64,000 nucleotides of DNA from an uncultured Prevotella sp. (GTDB taxonomy: Bacteria; Bacteroidota; Bacteroidia; Bacteroidales; Bacteroidaceae): positions 4,043-68,042 of the forward strand of contig CAJODF010000014.1 in NCBI GenBank assembly GCA_905233555.1. Reading direction: 5' to 3'. Below, one piece after another: positions 9,738 to 19,621 of this stretch. The notes beneath the pieces are model-generated. The model saw nothing but the letters and a program-made list of their open reading frames with translations. It had not been told where the DNA came from and made no database searches. Numbering within the stretch: position 1 is the first letter of the stretch; each line of letters opens with the position of its first letter. Both the position numbers and the translations under genes were made by a program.

Positions 9738-10634
9738 TCAGAAATTCACTGTGTTGCCGTCAAGCCATTCAGTTTCCAGTTGGAAAGCCGCAGCAGAGGC
9801 ACTTGCGGTGAAGATAGATCCACGAAGGGTTGTCTTGCGGTTGAGTTTTAAGGGCACATCCGTTACGACCTTCGTGAAAAGCACGTTATCATCAGCATCA
9901 AGGGCATCGATGGTAATATCCATTGTTTGCTCATCTGTCGTCAAGAACACATTACTATATACGTTTATAGTGCTACCAACCGCTGTCGATGGAGAGTTTG
10001 TCTGCCAGAATCCATCGTTATCTGTGGCAAAACCTGTGGTCGGATTGAAGCACTTACTACCACCACTATAGGTGGTCTTGATTTTGGAAACTCCAGCAGA
10101 ACGACCATCAGTAGATACGACATGGAGTTGCGCAATTATACGATTCAATGTAACATTGAGATCAAGTGGTACGGTACTCGTTACCGTCACATTCTGTGTA
10201 GCACTAAAGGTTTCGCGCGGTCGCTCACTGGTATATCCTGCCGAAGTAGAACTGGTCAACGTGAATTCGTCACCATCCCAATATCCACGCCCGATGACCA
10301 CCATCGTATAGGTTCCAATGGGCAGGTTACAGGAAAACTCACCAAAAGTGGTGTAAGTGGTCGGATCTGTTTTGATCTGATTGACCTTATACACCTCGGT
10401 ACTTCCTGCATAGAAAGCCAGGGTAATAGCCTTCACATCATTGTAGTCGGCTACATCCTGTGCTGCCCTCGTCTGCTTTCCTTCAGGTGAGATATCCCCC
10501 ATAGACATAGAGAAATCACTGACTCGCACCTTCACTGGCGCTGTTTCTTTCTCATTACTTACTGTTAATTCACTCTCGTTGCTGCAACTTGCAGCCAGCA
10601 GGATAATACCTGCCATCAAAAACATTTTTTTCAT
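9738..10634 (-). CDS. FimB/Mfa2-like (type V pilin fold) lipoprotein
   Basis: Lipobox LAASC, downstream TRA processing-like motif, YTMVVIG, VTLNRIIAQL, VPLKLNRKTTLRG, C-terminal W....F. ATG at 10634 (MKKMF) preferred over 10673. Confidence 0.72.
   Translation of the reverse strand: MKKMFLMAGIILLAASCSNESELTVSNEKETAPVKVRVSDFSMSMGDISPEGKQTRAAQDVADYNDVKAITLAFYAGSTEVYKVNQIKTDPTTYTTFGEFSCNLPIGTYTMVVIGRGYWDGDEFTLTSSTSAGYTSERPRETFSATQNVTVTSTVPLDLNVTLNRIIAQLHVVSTDGRSAGVSKIKTTYSGGSKCFNPTTGFATDNDGFWQTNSPSTAVGSTINVYSNVFLTTDEQTMDITIDALDADDNVLFTKVVTDVPLKLNRKTTLRGSIFTASASAAAFQLETEWLDGNTVNF
10579..10615. repeat. 37-bp perfect direct repeat, copy 1 (copy 2 at 11476-11512)
   Basis: TTGCTGCAACTTGCAGCCAGCAGGATAATACCTGCCA is identical at both sites. 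Confidence 0.95.
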
Positions 10635-10673
10635 TGTATAAAAATTTAAAGTTAAAACAAGAACTCTCTTCAA

Positions 10674-11531
10674 TCAGAAAGTTATGTATTGTTCGCCAGC
10701 CCACGAAGTATTGATATTGATACTCGTGATATTAGCCGATGATGCGACTGAACCGTTGAAATAAGCACCCGTAAGCCAAGTTATATGGTTCTGCTGGAGC
10801 GGCACATCAAATGTACGTTCGTTGAGAACATTATCGTCGTCATCAAGGGCTGTCACCGTTAAATGGATGGTGCCCTCCGTATCGTGAAGGAACGTGTAGA
10901 GGTCGAACTGTGTCTGACCGTCAGAAAGGTCGAAGATTATCGTCTGCTTGCTATTGACGCAACCTAACCCCGTCTGAGCATCGAAAGCGCCCGAACCGCC
11001 TGTGTAGTAGAACTTCAACTTGGACACATCTGTCGGGATATCGTCTGTTGTAACAAAGCGACAGAGTGCCACAATACGATTGAGCGAGACGGACATTTCC
11101 TGAGGCTCGTCACCAATAGTGATATTGCCACTACATAAGAATGTGTCAGAATAGCCCTGTGCATTTGTAAACTTGATGCAGGTGGGGTCCGTCATCGTGG
11201 GGTTGCCGTTGCTGCTGTGTGCTACGACCGTCAGGAAGTAGTCACCTTCAGAGAGTTTAAAACTGGCTGTCCCGAAACCGGCATCACCCAATTGTTGGTT
11301 AACTTGTTTAATACGTGTTCCATCCAAACTATAAACAGCGAAATTTATACGCGTGCATACTTCAGCAGGCGGCGTGCGCGTGATAAATGCAGAGAAAGGC
11401 GTATGCTCTATCTCAAAAACATTCACGACGAGGTTTCCCTTGGTTTCATTACCATTTACATTCTCGGACGGATCCTTGCTGCAACTTGCAGCCAGCAGGA
11501 TAATACCTGCCAATAAAATTGCCTTTTTCAT
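10674..11531 (-). CDS. FimB/Mfa2-like (type V pilin fold) lipoprotein, paralog of the 9738-10634 gene
   Basis: Lipobox LAASC, ITRT, YFLTVVAHS, VSLNRIVALCRF, VPLQQNHITWLTG, C-terminal W....F. Confidence 0.72.
   Translation of the reverse strand: MKKAILLAGIILLAASCSKDPSENVNGNETKGNLVVNVFEIEHTPFSAFITRTPPAEVCTRINFAVYSLDGTRIKQVNQQLGDAGFGTASFKLSEGDYFLTVVAHSSNGNPTMTDPTCIKFTNAQGYSDTFLCSGNITIGDEPQEMSVSLNRIVALCRFVTTDDIPTDVSKLKFYYTGGSGAFDAQTGLGCVNSKQTIIFDLSDGQTQFDLYTFLHDTEGTIHLTVTALDDDDNVLNERTFDVPLQQNHITWLTGAYFNGSVASSANITSININTSWAGEQYITF
11476..11512. repeat. 37-bp perfect direct repeat, copy 2
   Basis: Identical to 10579-10615. Confidence 0.95.
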
Positions 11532-11567
11532 AATAACTAAATTTAATAGATAACATGTTCATGGCTG

Positions 11568-11575
11568 CAAATTTA
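11568..11575 (-). promoter_or_regulatory. Bacteroidota -7 promoter element (internal promoter)
   Basis: TAAATTTG on the minus strand, 37 nt upstream of the 11531 ATG. Confidence 0.6.
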
Positions 11576-11636
11576 TAAATAAATCCAATACTAGGATAAA
11601 AATGCTACTATAAAAAGGCAATTTTTAACTTTATTT

Positions 11637-12950
11637 TTACTTTTCTCCGATACGAGTGTAGGTGAAACCTTGAGATTCCAGTTCCTGACGGTCGAAAATG
11701 TTGCGGCCATCAACTACAACATTACCGGTCATTACTTTCTGGATGACATTCCAAGAAGGCATACGGAACTGGCGCCACTCGGTCATCAAGGCAAACACAT
11801 CTGCTCCGTCGGCAGCATCGTATATATTCTTGCAATATATGACCGTATCGCCGATACGGCGCTTGCACTCATCCATGGCTATGGGATCAAATACTCGTAC
11901 TTTCGCACCGTCTTTCAACAGTTTGTCGATAACGACCAAAGCAGGGGCTTCACGCATATCATCAGTCTCAGGCTTGAAGGCCAGACCAAGAATAGCAATA
12001 GTCTTGCCCTTGACATTACCTACTGCTTTGACAATTTTATCATAGACAATGGACTTTTGTTTCTCGTTGACTCGCTCCACAGCCTCAATGACTTCCATGT
12101 GGTAGTCGTTTTCAAGACCTGTATGCACCAAGGCCTTCACGTCCTTAGGGAAACACGAACCACCATAGCCGCATCCGGCATAGAGGAATTTGCTGCCTAT
12201 GCGGGTGTCGGTTCCGATACCCTTACGGACACTATCCACGTTAGCACCTACCCGCTCACACAGGTTGGCAATATCGTTCATAAATGAGATACGCGTGGCC
12301 AACATCGCATTGGCGGCATACTTCGTCATCTCCGCAGAAGGGATGTCCATGAAAATGACACGGAAATTGTTGATCAGGAATGGTTTGTAGAGTCGGGTCA
12401 TTACTTCCTTGGCCTTTTCAGACTCTGTACCTACCACTACACGGTCGGGCGACATAAAGTCCTTGATGGCGGCACCTTCCTTCAGGAACTCCGGATTCGA
12501 TGCCACATCGAAGGGTACCTTAATGCCACGCTTATCCAACTCCTCCTGAATAGCAGCCTTCACCTTCTTGGCCGTACCAACAGGTACCGTCGATTTTGTG
12601 ACCAGAATGGTATATTTGTTGATATTCTGACCAAACTGTCTGGCTACAGCCAGCACATATTTCAAGTCGGCACTGCCATCCTCATCAGGTGGTGTGCCCA
12701 CAGCACTAAACACCACCTCGACATCATCCAGAACCTCCGTCAAGTCCGTCGTAAACTGCAAACGACCGTATTCCACATTTCGTTTTACCAGTTCTTCCAG
12801 ACCGGGCTCATAGATAGGCATGATGCCGTCATTGAGTTTCTGTATCTTCTGTGCATCGACATCAACGCACGTCACATGTGCTCCCATCTCGGCGAAGCAC
12901 GTTCCACTGACCAGGCCTACATAGCCTGTTCCTACAATTGCTATATTCAT
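11637..12950 (-). CDS. ugd: UDP-glucose 6-dehydrogenase
   Basis: GTGYVG, KSTVPVGT, NPEFLKEG, KYAANA, GYGGSCFPKD, AFKPETDDMRE. Confidence 0.95.
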   Translation of the reverse strand: MNIAIVGTGYVGLVSGTCFAEMGAHVTCVDVDAQKIQKLNDGIMPIYEPGLEELVKRNVEYGRLQFTTDLTEVLDDVEVVFSAVGTPPDEDGSADLKYVLAVARQFGQNINKYTILVTKSTVPVGTAKKVKAAIQEELDKRGIKVPFDVASNPEFLKEGAAIKDFMSPDRVVVGTESEKAKEVMTRLYKPFLINNFRVIFMDIPSAEMTKYAANAMLATRISFMNDIANLCERVGANVDSVRKGIGTDTRIGSKFLYAGCGYGGSCFPKDVKALVHTGLENDYHMEVIEAVERVNEKQKSIVYDKIVKAVGNVKGKTIAILGLAFKPETDDMREAPALVVIDKLLKDGAKVRVFDPIAMDECKRRIGDTVIYCKNIYDAADGADVFALMTEWRQFRMPSWNVIQKVMTGNVVVDGRNIFDRQELESQGFTYTRIGEK

Positions 12951-12960
12951 ATTTGATTAA

Positions 12961-14052
12961 TTATGACAGACCCAGTAAGGGCTTTAGGTCGTTTTCTTTG
13001 TTGAGTATCCAAACCGTCGTGCCGAGGAAGGCCAGGAAGAGGAAGATGAGGCACATTAGTGCGCGCTTGGGTCCCGTCTTCTTGACGGGAACGGTAGCGC
13101 TCTGCAAAGTTGTAAAAGCAGGTGTGTCTTCCTGTACTTTTGCTTCGGCAGCCAACAGTTGGGCGGCAACCTGAGTATAGGCATTATACTGGAGTTGCAT
13201 CTCGTTTTCCAACTCAGTCTGACGCTGACGAACTGTTTCTAAAATAATATCTTGGTTAGCATCAGAGAATTCAGCATAGCGCTGACGGGCCTTTTCATAA
13301 CGGGCCTTGGTCTCGGATGCAATCTTCTTGTTGTACTCCAAATCGACACGGGCCTTGCTGGTACGATAGTCGGTGATGAAGTTTTGCAAACGGGTCTTAA
13401 CCGTATCGGCCATATTAGCAGCAATAACAGCATTCTGGTCGGTCACATTGATGGTAATGACCATCGTCTTTTTATCCACATCGCAGACGATGTTTTTGTC
13501 TATGGCTTTGACGATATCTGCTTGTTCCTCGGTCAGACGGAAGGGATTCACCTTTGTAGGTTCTTCTTTTTTGTCTTTGAACAGGCTAACAAACCATATT
13601 TTTGCAGACGACCACCAAGGCAACTTCTGTCCTTTTTCCATATAGTCGTAATAGGACATGGTGCGGTCTTGTTCACCCTTGCTCTTATCGCCTTCAATGG
13701 TCACAGGGACATGGAACAAAGAAGTCTTGAAATCGACACTGTTCATTAGGTCGGGGTATAAGGTTGGGAACAGGGCCTCGGTGGCGTTGCCCATAGAGCC
13801 TAGGTTGACGCCGAAACTGCTGGCCAGGCTAGCCAGACTACCTGCGCTACTGCTTTTACCAGACATTTCGGGGGAAAGTTTTACTGTGCAGTTGTAGTAG
13901 TTTGGGAGGCTTAGTGTATATATGACAGCAATAACAAAGGCTACGGGAAGCACTATGAGATATAGACGCTTATGTTTCAGTAGATCTTTGAAAATCTTAT
14001 CAAAGTCGATGGTAGAATCTTGAGTCATTGATTGATTATTATTTTCGTTCAT
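12961..14052 (-). CDS. wzz: Polysaccharide chain-length determinant / co-polymerase
   Basis: Two TM segments flanking a coiled coil; LYPDLM.S, TDYRT.KA, VQE.TPAF...Q.A.VP..K.GPKR. Start uncertain (14085, 14052 or a slightly downstream ATG). Confidence 0.85.
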   Translation of the reverse strand: MNENNNQSMTQDSTIDFDKIFKDLLKHKRLYLIVLPVAFVIAVIYTLSLPNYYNCTVKLSPEMSGKSSSAGSLASLASSFGVNLGSMGNATEALFPTLYPDLMNSVDFKTSLFHVPVTIEGDKSKGEQDRTMSYYDYMEKGQKLPWWSSAKIWFVSLFKDKKEEPTKVNPFRLTEEQADIVKAIDKNIVCDVDKKTMVITINVTDQNAVIAANMADTVKTRLQNFITDYRTSKARVDLEYNKKIASETKARYEKARQRYAEFSDANQDIILETVRQRQTELENEMQLQYNAYTQVAAQLLAAEAKVQEDTPAFTTLQSATVPVKKTGPKRALMCLIFLFLAFLGTTVWILNKENDLKPLLGLS

Positions 14053-14129
14053 ACCTATTTGGCATTTAATGCCGAGTTCCGTCATGACTCGACATAATTT
14101 AAGTAAAACCTAATTTTTACACTGCTCTA

Positions 14130-16586
14130 TTACTTTAATAGATTACCGATGGTAGCAAACATAGTTGCGAGGGATGCCATAGAGGTGCCAACAGAAACCC
14201 ACTGCATCAGGTTAGACATATCCTTTTTGCCCTTTTGGGGGACGATGATCTCACAGCCGGGTTCGATCTTACCCTTGCCGACTTGAGAGATGGTGCCGTT
14301 CTGATAGACGATATAAGTGTGGCTCTTGCGACTACGGTTGCCGAAGCCACCGGCCTGGTTGACATAATGCTTCCAATCTTTGCCAGCCTGAAATGCCACA
14401 GTATTCGGGAAGAGCACATTACCGGAGATCTTCACCGTACCGTTGTACTCCGGTATAATCAAACGGTCACCGTCACGGACGACCACGTCGTAGTCACTGC
14501 CAGGATTGGCCAGAGCGGCATCCAAATTAATACCGACCGTATAGGTATCGGCCGTGGCCAACTGGTTGAGGTTCAGGGAATCCTTAGAGTCCGCCTGCTG
14601 ACGAGCCATCTCCAGTACCTTTTGGAGACGGGCTTTCTCATCGTCATTCATCGTACGCTCTAAACGGGCACCACGGACGTAGGCCTCTTTCGTGACACCA
14701 CCAGCGGCTTGAATCAGGTCGCTCAAGCGCTGATTCTTCTTCGACAAGGAGTACTCACCTTCGAAGACCACCTCACCCTCAACACGGACATTACGAGGTT
14801 CCATATAGCCGGGACTGCGGCGCACCTGCACCACGTCGTAGGGCTCTAAGACAAAGCCCTGCTGACCATCGACTACAAAACCGTCTTTCAAAGCGAAACT
14901 ATAGGTCTTGGAAATTTCCTGACCAGACTCCATAGCCTTTGGGTCGCGGATACGACGCGACACATCGACCTTGGCCGTCGAGGCAGCATCTGTCAGACCA
15001 CCGGCACGCAGGATGAGATCCTCGATGGTCTCGTTCTCGGCATACTGGAAAGTTCCTGGGGAGAGCACCTCACCCTGGATATTGACGATACGTTCGGAGA
15101 GTCGTTCGGTCTGAGTGGGGATAAAGAGGACATCCTCATTGCGCAGGGGTACATCAGCCACTGAGCCTGCCATGATGCCACCGATATCGACCGACTGTGC
15201 CTCCAGGGTGCGGTCGTCCTTCATGCGGTACATCACGCCACGGGCTGTAAAGGCATCCTCCGTGAGGCCACCGGCCTGTTCAATCAGAGAACGCACGGTA
15301 GTGACTGTCTTACCCAGTTCGAACTGGCCCGGACGGAAAACAGCACCCTTGACCTCGACCATGTTCTCATAACGGTTGATCATGCCATCGACCGTGATGG
15401 CGTCGCCGTCGGCCAGTTTGAAGGCACTCATGTCGAACTCCTCGACAGTATGCACTGTAAAGCGCTCGCCAGACTTACGTACCAAGCGAACGGACTTCGT
15501 ATAGGCATCGCCCGTGAAGCCGCCGGCATACTTGATGACCTGAGCCACAGACTCTGTGGGGCGCATCTCGTAGAACATCTGACGCTTTACGTGGCCACGG
15601 ACACCTACCAGACAATCGTAAGGACCTACCACAATTACATCACCCTCATGGAGGCGGATGTTACCAGCCAGACGGCCGTTGAGGATATACTCATAGACAT
15701 CGACCACAGTGACCTGTTTGCCATTACGGAACACTTGGATATTACGTAACGTACCAAGGTCATTGATACCACCTGCCATATACAGGGCATGGAATACCGT
15801 CGCAAAAGCGCTCAAGGTATAAGTACCGGGCGCCTTGACCTCACCCATCACATTGACCATCATCGAACGGGTCTGGCCCACCGTGAGTTTCAGGCTACTG
15901 CTGGCATAACGGCTGCCCAAGGTGCTACGGATCTTGGACTGGGCTCCAGCAACAGAGAGACCAGCCACGTGGATGGGACCGAAACCAGGAACGGTGATTT
16001 CGCCATCAGGCGAGACTGTCAGTTGTTCACTCTTCTGAGAGGCCCCATAGATATCGACAATGACCTGATCGCCAGGACCCAGTACATAGTTCTGGGGGGT
16101 GGCGATGTTCATATTAGGTTCAAAACTCAACAGTTTATTGTTAAAGATATCACGGCCAAAGACTTTCAGGGAGTCTGGACCAGTCTTGGCATCCTCGCGG
16201 GCATTAATGCTCTGTTGGATCTCAGCATATTGGACATCAGCCTCCTGATAGAGGTCCTGACCAGCCTCCTGACGACCTGCCGTGACCTGCTGGGTCTGTT
16301 GACCGGTACTGTTCTGGCGCATACGGGAGTCAGCAGCCGAGACGGCTGCATCAGCAACGTCGGTACCACCACGCTGTTTGATCTGCTTATCATACTGTTG
16401 GCGCAGACGGCGGATCTGGTCTATTTTGACGCCCTTCTGCATCAACTTCGTCACGATCTGGCTCTGGCTGGTACCAGCCTTCACCTCTCGTTGGATGAAT
16501 TGAATCACCTGCTGGTCACTCATGCCTTGAGCCGACAGCATCAGGGTTGAAACAGACAATAAAAGTAAGAAAAAAAGTTTCTTCAT
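14130..16586 (-). CDS. wza: Polysaccharide export protein with multiple SLBB domains (Wza/KpsD-like)
   Basis: NYVLGPGD, repeated V.GEV..PG...L..AGG SLBB units, PGCEIIVP. Confidence 0.88.
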   Translation of the reverse strand: MKKLFFLLLLSVSTLMLSAQGMSDQQVIQFIQREVKAGTSQSQIVTKLMQKGVKIDQIRRLRQQYDKQIKQRGGTDVADAAVSAADSRMRQNSTGQQTQQVTAGRQEAGQDLYQEADVQYAEIQQSINAREDAKTGPDSLKVFGRDIFNNKLLSFEPNMNIATPQNYVLGPGDQVIVDIYGASQKSEQLTVSPDGEITVPGFGPIHVAGLSVAGAQSKIRSTLGSRYASSSLKLTVGQTRSMMVNVMGEVKAPGTYTLSAFATVFHALYMAGGINDLGTLRNIQVFRNGKQVTVVDVYEYILNGRLAGNIRLHEGDVIVVGPYDCLVGVRGHVKRQMFYEMRPTESVAQVIKYAGGFTGDAYTKSVRLVRKSGERFTVHTVEEFDMSAFKLADGDAITVDGMINRYENMVEVKGAVFRPGQFELGKTVTTVRSLIEQAGGLTEDAFTARGVMYRMKDDRTLEAQSVDIGGIMAGSVADVPLRNEDVLFIPTQTERLSERIVNIQGEVLSPGTFQYAENETIEDLILRAGGLTDAASTAKVDVSRRIRDPKAMESGQEISKTYSFALKDGFVVDGQQGFVLEPYDVVQVRRSPGYMEPRNVRVEGEVVFEGEYSLSKKNQRLSDLIQAAGGVTKEAYVRGARLERTMNDDEKARLQKVLEMARQQADSKDSLNLNQLATADTYTVGINLDAALANPGSDYDVVVRDGDRLIIPEYNGTVKISGNVLFPNTVAFQAGKDWKHYVNQAGGFGNRSRKSHTYIVYQNGTISQVGKGKIEPGCEIIVPQKGKKDMSNLMQWVSVGTSMASLATMFATIGNLLK

Positions 16587-16594
16587 ATAGATAT

Positions 16595-17200
16595 TTAAAT
16601 TAATTCGATGTCCTGAGGTGTAACACGCATCGTTGCCGCACCGAGAATAGAAAGACGGATAAACACGTATGTTTCACCCAACAGACGGGTTACCTCACCT
16701 TCAAAGCCTTTCAAAGCACCACGAACGATGCGGATACGGTCGCCGGCACGCAGATGGGTCGTGATGAAATCAACAGGCATGTCGGCATTTGAGAGCATGA
16801 ACCGAAGCATCTGCATCTCATGGTCAGGAATAACAGCCAATGGATGAGTGCCGTATTCATTAACGAATCTGGCCTTGTCAGTCATGAAAGAGTTAATATA
16901 AGGCAGATATACCACTTCGCGACGTTCTTCTTCTGTTAGACGTATGAAGATCCGAGCCGTGATGACCACACGTTCTACTTTTTTTTTGCGACCGTTGGCC
17001 CAACGGTGCTCTTCCAGTTGACTGGCCACATAGGCCTCATAACCTTTCTGCAGAAGTTTCTCACGGATCAATTTCTCGGAATTCCGGTTAATAACTGCTA
17101 CATACCACACACGTCGTTTCTCATCTGAAGAAAAGCCTACGGCGTCGTCAACGCCCAGCGCTGTCGTACCTGAATGTGAAATTTCCGATGTCTCACTCAT
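16595..17200 (-). CDS. upxY: UpxY-family (NusG/RfaH-like) transcription antiterminator
   Basis: WYVA, W.NGRKKKV, IPDHEM, KOW motif GDRIRIVRGALKGFEGEV; first gene of the polysaccharide operon. Confidence 0.88.
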   Translation of the reverse strand: MSETSEISHSGTTALGVDDAVGFSSDEKRRVWYVAVINRNSEKLIREKLLQKGYEAYVASQLEEHRWANGRKKKVERVVITARIFIRLTEEERREVVYLPYINSFMTDKARFVNEYGTHPLAVIPDHEMQMLRFMLSNADMPVDFITTHLRAGDRIRIVRGALKGFEGEVTRLLGETYVFIRLSILGAATMRVTPQDIELI

Positions 17201-17222
17201 GTAATAAATACATTAAGCGCTG

Positions 17223-17253
17223 CAAAGATAATGAATTATTATGAATTTTCAAA
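17223..17253 (-). promoter_or_regulatory. Consensus Bacteroidota promoter of the polysaccharide operon
   Basis: -33 TTTG (17253-17250), 19-nt spacer, -7 TATCTTTG (17230-17223). Confidence 0.8.
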
Positions 17254-17304
17254 GAAATAACAAGGAAAAAAACGAAAAATATACATAAAAAGGCAACACG
17301 CATC

Positions 17305-17336
17305 AAAAAAGCGCCTGACTTTTGGGTCAGACGCTT
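17305..17336 (-). terminator. Intrinsic terminator of the PpiD-like gene
   Basis: Minus strand reads AAGCGTCTGAC-loop-GTCAGGCGC-TTTTTT. Confidence 0.7.
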
Positions 17337-17357
17337 CATTATATTTTCAATATAATC

Positions 17358-19493
17358 CTAGAAGAACAGGTAGCGGTTATCGACTACATTTGCCTTCTGG
17401 AAGAGTTCCTGCATGTAACGGGCAGCGGCCTGAGCAGCACGCTGGGTCAGTTGCTGTTCCTCCCTCTTTTCATCGAACTTGGCACCCTCGAGGGTCGCAT
17501 GTCTCAGTACCTGGAAGACATAGGCTCCGGAATAGCCCTTCACGGGAGCCTTGCTGAACTCACCCTGTTTCACGGCTGAAACAGCACCCGACAGAGCCGG
17601 TTCGGAAGCACCGACAGAAGAGAGGAATACGGGCGCACCAAAGGTAATCTGTTTGACGGTGTCGATCTTGGCACCGGCCTTCTGAGCATCAGCAATGCTC
17701 TTCACGCCAGCCAACTTCTCCTTCAGCAGGTCAAACTTCTTATCGCGCAGAACCACCTGTTTCACCTCGTCCTTCACTGAATTGAGCGTACGGTAGCCCG
17801 CAGGATGTATACCAGTTGTGGCACAGACCAGCAGGTGGTCGTTGTTACCACACTCGTACAACGGAGACACCTCACCCTCCTTGGCATCAAAAATCCACTT
17901 CATGGCCTCACGGGTAGCACGGAGTCCAGCTACATTATGTTCACTATTGAGCAGGTTCTTACGTTCCTTGACGGTATAACCAAACTTAGCAGCGTTCTTC
18001 TCTAGGTCGGCCAGGGTCTTGTTCTCGCTGACATACTGGCTGAACTTATTATATGCATCCGAATAGGTCTGCTTAGAGAAGTCGATGGTGTGCTTCACCA
18101 CAGCCACATCGTACTTCTCGACCATCGCCCTGCGAGCCGTCACCTGCAGGATAATATGTCCTGTGGGGAACTCCATATCCTTGAAGTCATTGATTGGCAT
18201 GGTCTGGAGACTGTTGAGATAGTTCTTGGAGTCCTCGTCCATCGAACTGGAATTCTCGTACACGGCAGAGGTCAACCACTGCTTCTTACCTTCCTGACCG
18301 TATTTCTTGGCCATCGCCTCGAAATCAGCACCACCCTTCAGGGCCATATAGACACTATCGGCCGTCTTCTTAGCAGCCTCGGCAGTTGCACCGCCAATCT
18401 GAATCTGACGATACTCGATAGAGTCTGGCGCCAGTGTCTTAGAGAGAATCTTCACCACGTTGAAGGTATTATCTGATTTCGTCTCAAACGGACGGGATGT
18501 CTCACCCACTGCCAGAGAATCAAACTTGGCAGAGATGTCAGAAGGATAAGCACGCTTAGTGGCTGCAATGCCAGTATAAGCAAACTGCGACTGGGCCTTA
18601 CGGACTACCTCAGCAGGATTGGCACCGCTGCTCAGTTTGGCATAGGCATCCTCCATCATCTTCAGCAACTCGGCACGGTCAGCGGCAGAAGCCTCCACCT
18701 GGAAATCAACATACTTGATGTCACGGGTCTCAACGTTCTGTTTGAACTGCTCCTTGTCCTCATCGTACTTCGCCTTCAGGTCGGCATCAGTGACCTGTAC
18801 ATCATTATCGTTGACGCTGCTGTAAGGCAAACTGGCCAACAGAATATCGCTCTCGTTGATCTGGTTGTCGAATGCCATCTTGGCAGAGACAGGGTTAGAG
18901 AGCAGCGCGCCATTGATGAGTGACTGATACTTCTGAGCCAGGGTCTGGGTGCGCAACTGCTTCTCAATGAACTGCCAGTATTTGTAGATGTGCTGATAAG
19001 ACTCAGCCAATTGTGGGTTGCTACCGTTCTTCTTATAGTCAGCCAGGAACTTGGTGAGCATCGTCACATCGAAGCGACCCGTCTGCTGGTTGACGAAAGG
19101 AGACTGCATCAGCAAGGGGTTCGTACCTTCCTTCATGATGTCCTGCAACTCCTCATCGGTAACCTCCAGACCAATCTTAGCGGCCTCCGAGGCTACGAGT
19201 TGGTTAGAGATAAACTGACTCCACACCTGATCCTTGATCTGGTTGAGTTCCTCTTCGGTGAAATTGTCACGGCCCTGGCTGATCTTCAAGACGTCCTGAT
19301 ACTCTTCAACGAGATTCTGGAACTCCTGGACATTGACTTTGTTTCCTAACACCTCACCAATCTGCTGGCGCTGCTGGTTCTTCGTTGCCTCGCAACTGCG
19401 AACAGCCTCCTCAGCAATAAAGGCGAACAGGCCGAGACCGATGACAATAACAAGGGTCACGCCTCTTTTTCTAATTTTTCCTAATGCTGCCAT
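17358..19493 (-). CDS. PpiD-like peptidylprolyl isomerase / SurA N-terminal domain chaperone
   Basis: MAALGKIRKRG..LVIVIGLGLFAFI membrane anchor, QTGRFD, rotamase segment KTADSV...GADFEAMAKKY, C-terminal DNRYLFF. Confidence 0.88.
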   Translation of the reverse strand: MAALGKIRKRGVTLVIVIGLGLFAFIAEEAVRSCEATKNQQRQQIGEVLGNKVNVQEFQNLVEEYQDVLKISQGRDNFTEEELNQIKDQVWSQFISNQLVASEAAKIGLEVTDEELQDIMKEGTNPLLMQSPFVNQQTGRFDVTMLTKFLADYKKNGSNPQLAESYQHIYKYWQFIEKQLRTQTLAQKYQSLINGALLSNPVSAKMAFDNQINESDILLASLPYSSVNDNDVQVTDADLKAKYDEDKEQFKQNVETRDIKYVDFQVEASAADRAELLKMMEDAYAKLSSGANPAEVVRKAQSQFAYTGIAATKRAYPSDISAKFDSLAVGETSRPFETKSDNTFNVVKILSKTLAPDSIEYRQIQIGGATAEAAKKTADSVYMALKGGADFEAMAKKYGQEGKKQWLTSAVYENSSSMDEDSKNYLNSLQTMPINDFKDMEFPTGHIILQVTARRAMVEKYDVAVVKHTIDFSKQTYSDAYNKFSQYVSENKTLADLEKNAAKFGYTVKERKNLLNSEHNVAGLRATREAMKWIFDAKEGEVSPLYECGNNDHLLVCATTGIHPAGYRTLNSVKDEVKQVVLRDKKFDLLKEKLAGVKSIADAQKAGAKIDTVKQITFGAPVFLSSVGASEPALSGAVSAVKQGEFSKAPVKGYSGAYVFQVLRHATLEGAKFDEKREEQQLTQRAAQAAARYMQELFQKANVVDNRYLFF

Positions 19494-19621
19494 ATAATTT
19501 ACAATTTTACAATATTCAATTTACAATTTATTTTTTCATTGACCAATTTGACTATTTTCAAATCAGCGTGCAAAATTACAATAAATTGTTGAAACAAAGA
19601 AATATTTTAGAGATTTTTCGC

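Noticed and set aside
14069-14097. Small imperfect hairpin (ATGCCGAGT...ACTCGACAT) between wza and wzz
   Set aside because: Short and imperfect, with no U-tract on the coding strand, and overlapping a possible start codon. Not distinguishable from chance.
16979-16987. A9 homopolymer in upxY as a phase-variation tract
   Set aside because: It encodes the Lys-Lys-Lys of the conserved W..RKKKV motif, so amino-acid constraint explains it. Slippage cannot be shown from one sequence.
17200-17357. Invertible promoter for the polysaccharide locus, as in Bacteroides capsule loci
   Set aside because: I found no inverted repeats bracketing the promoter and no recombinase gene nearby. The only hairpin is the upstream gene's terminator.
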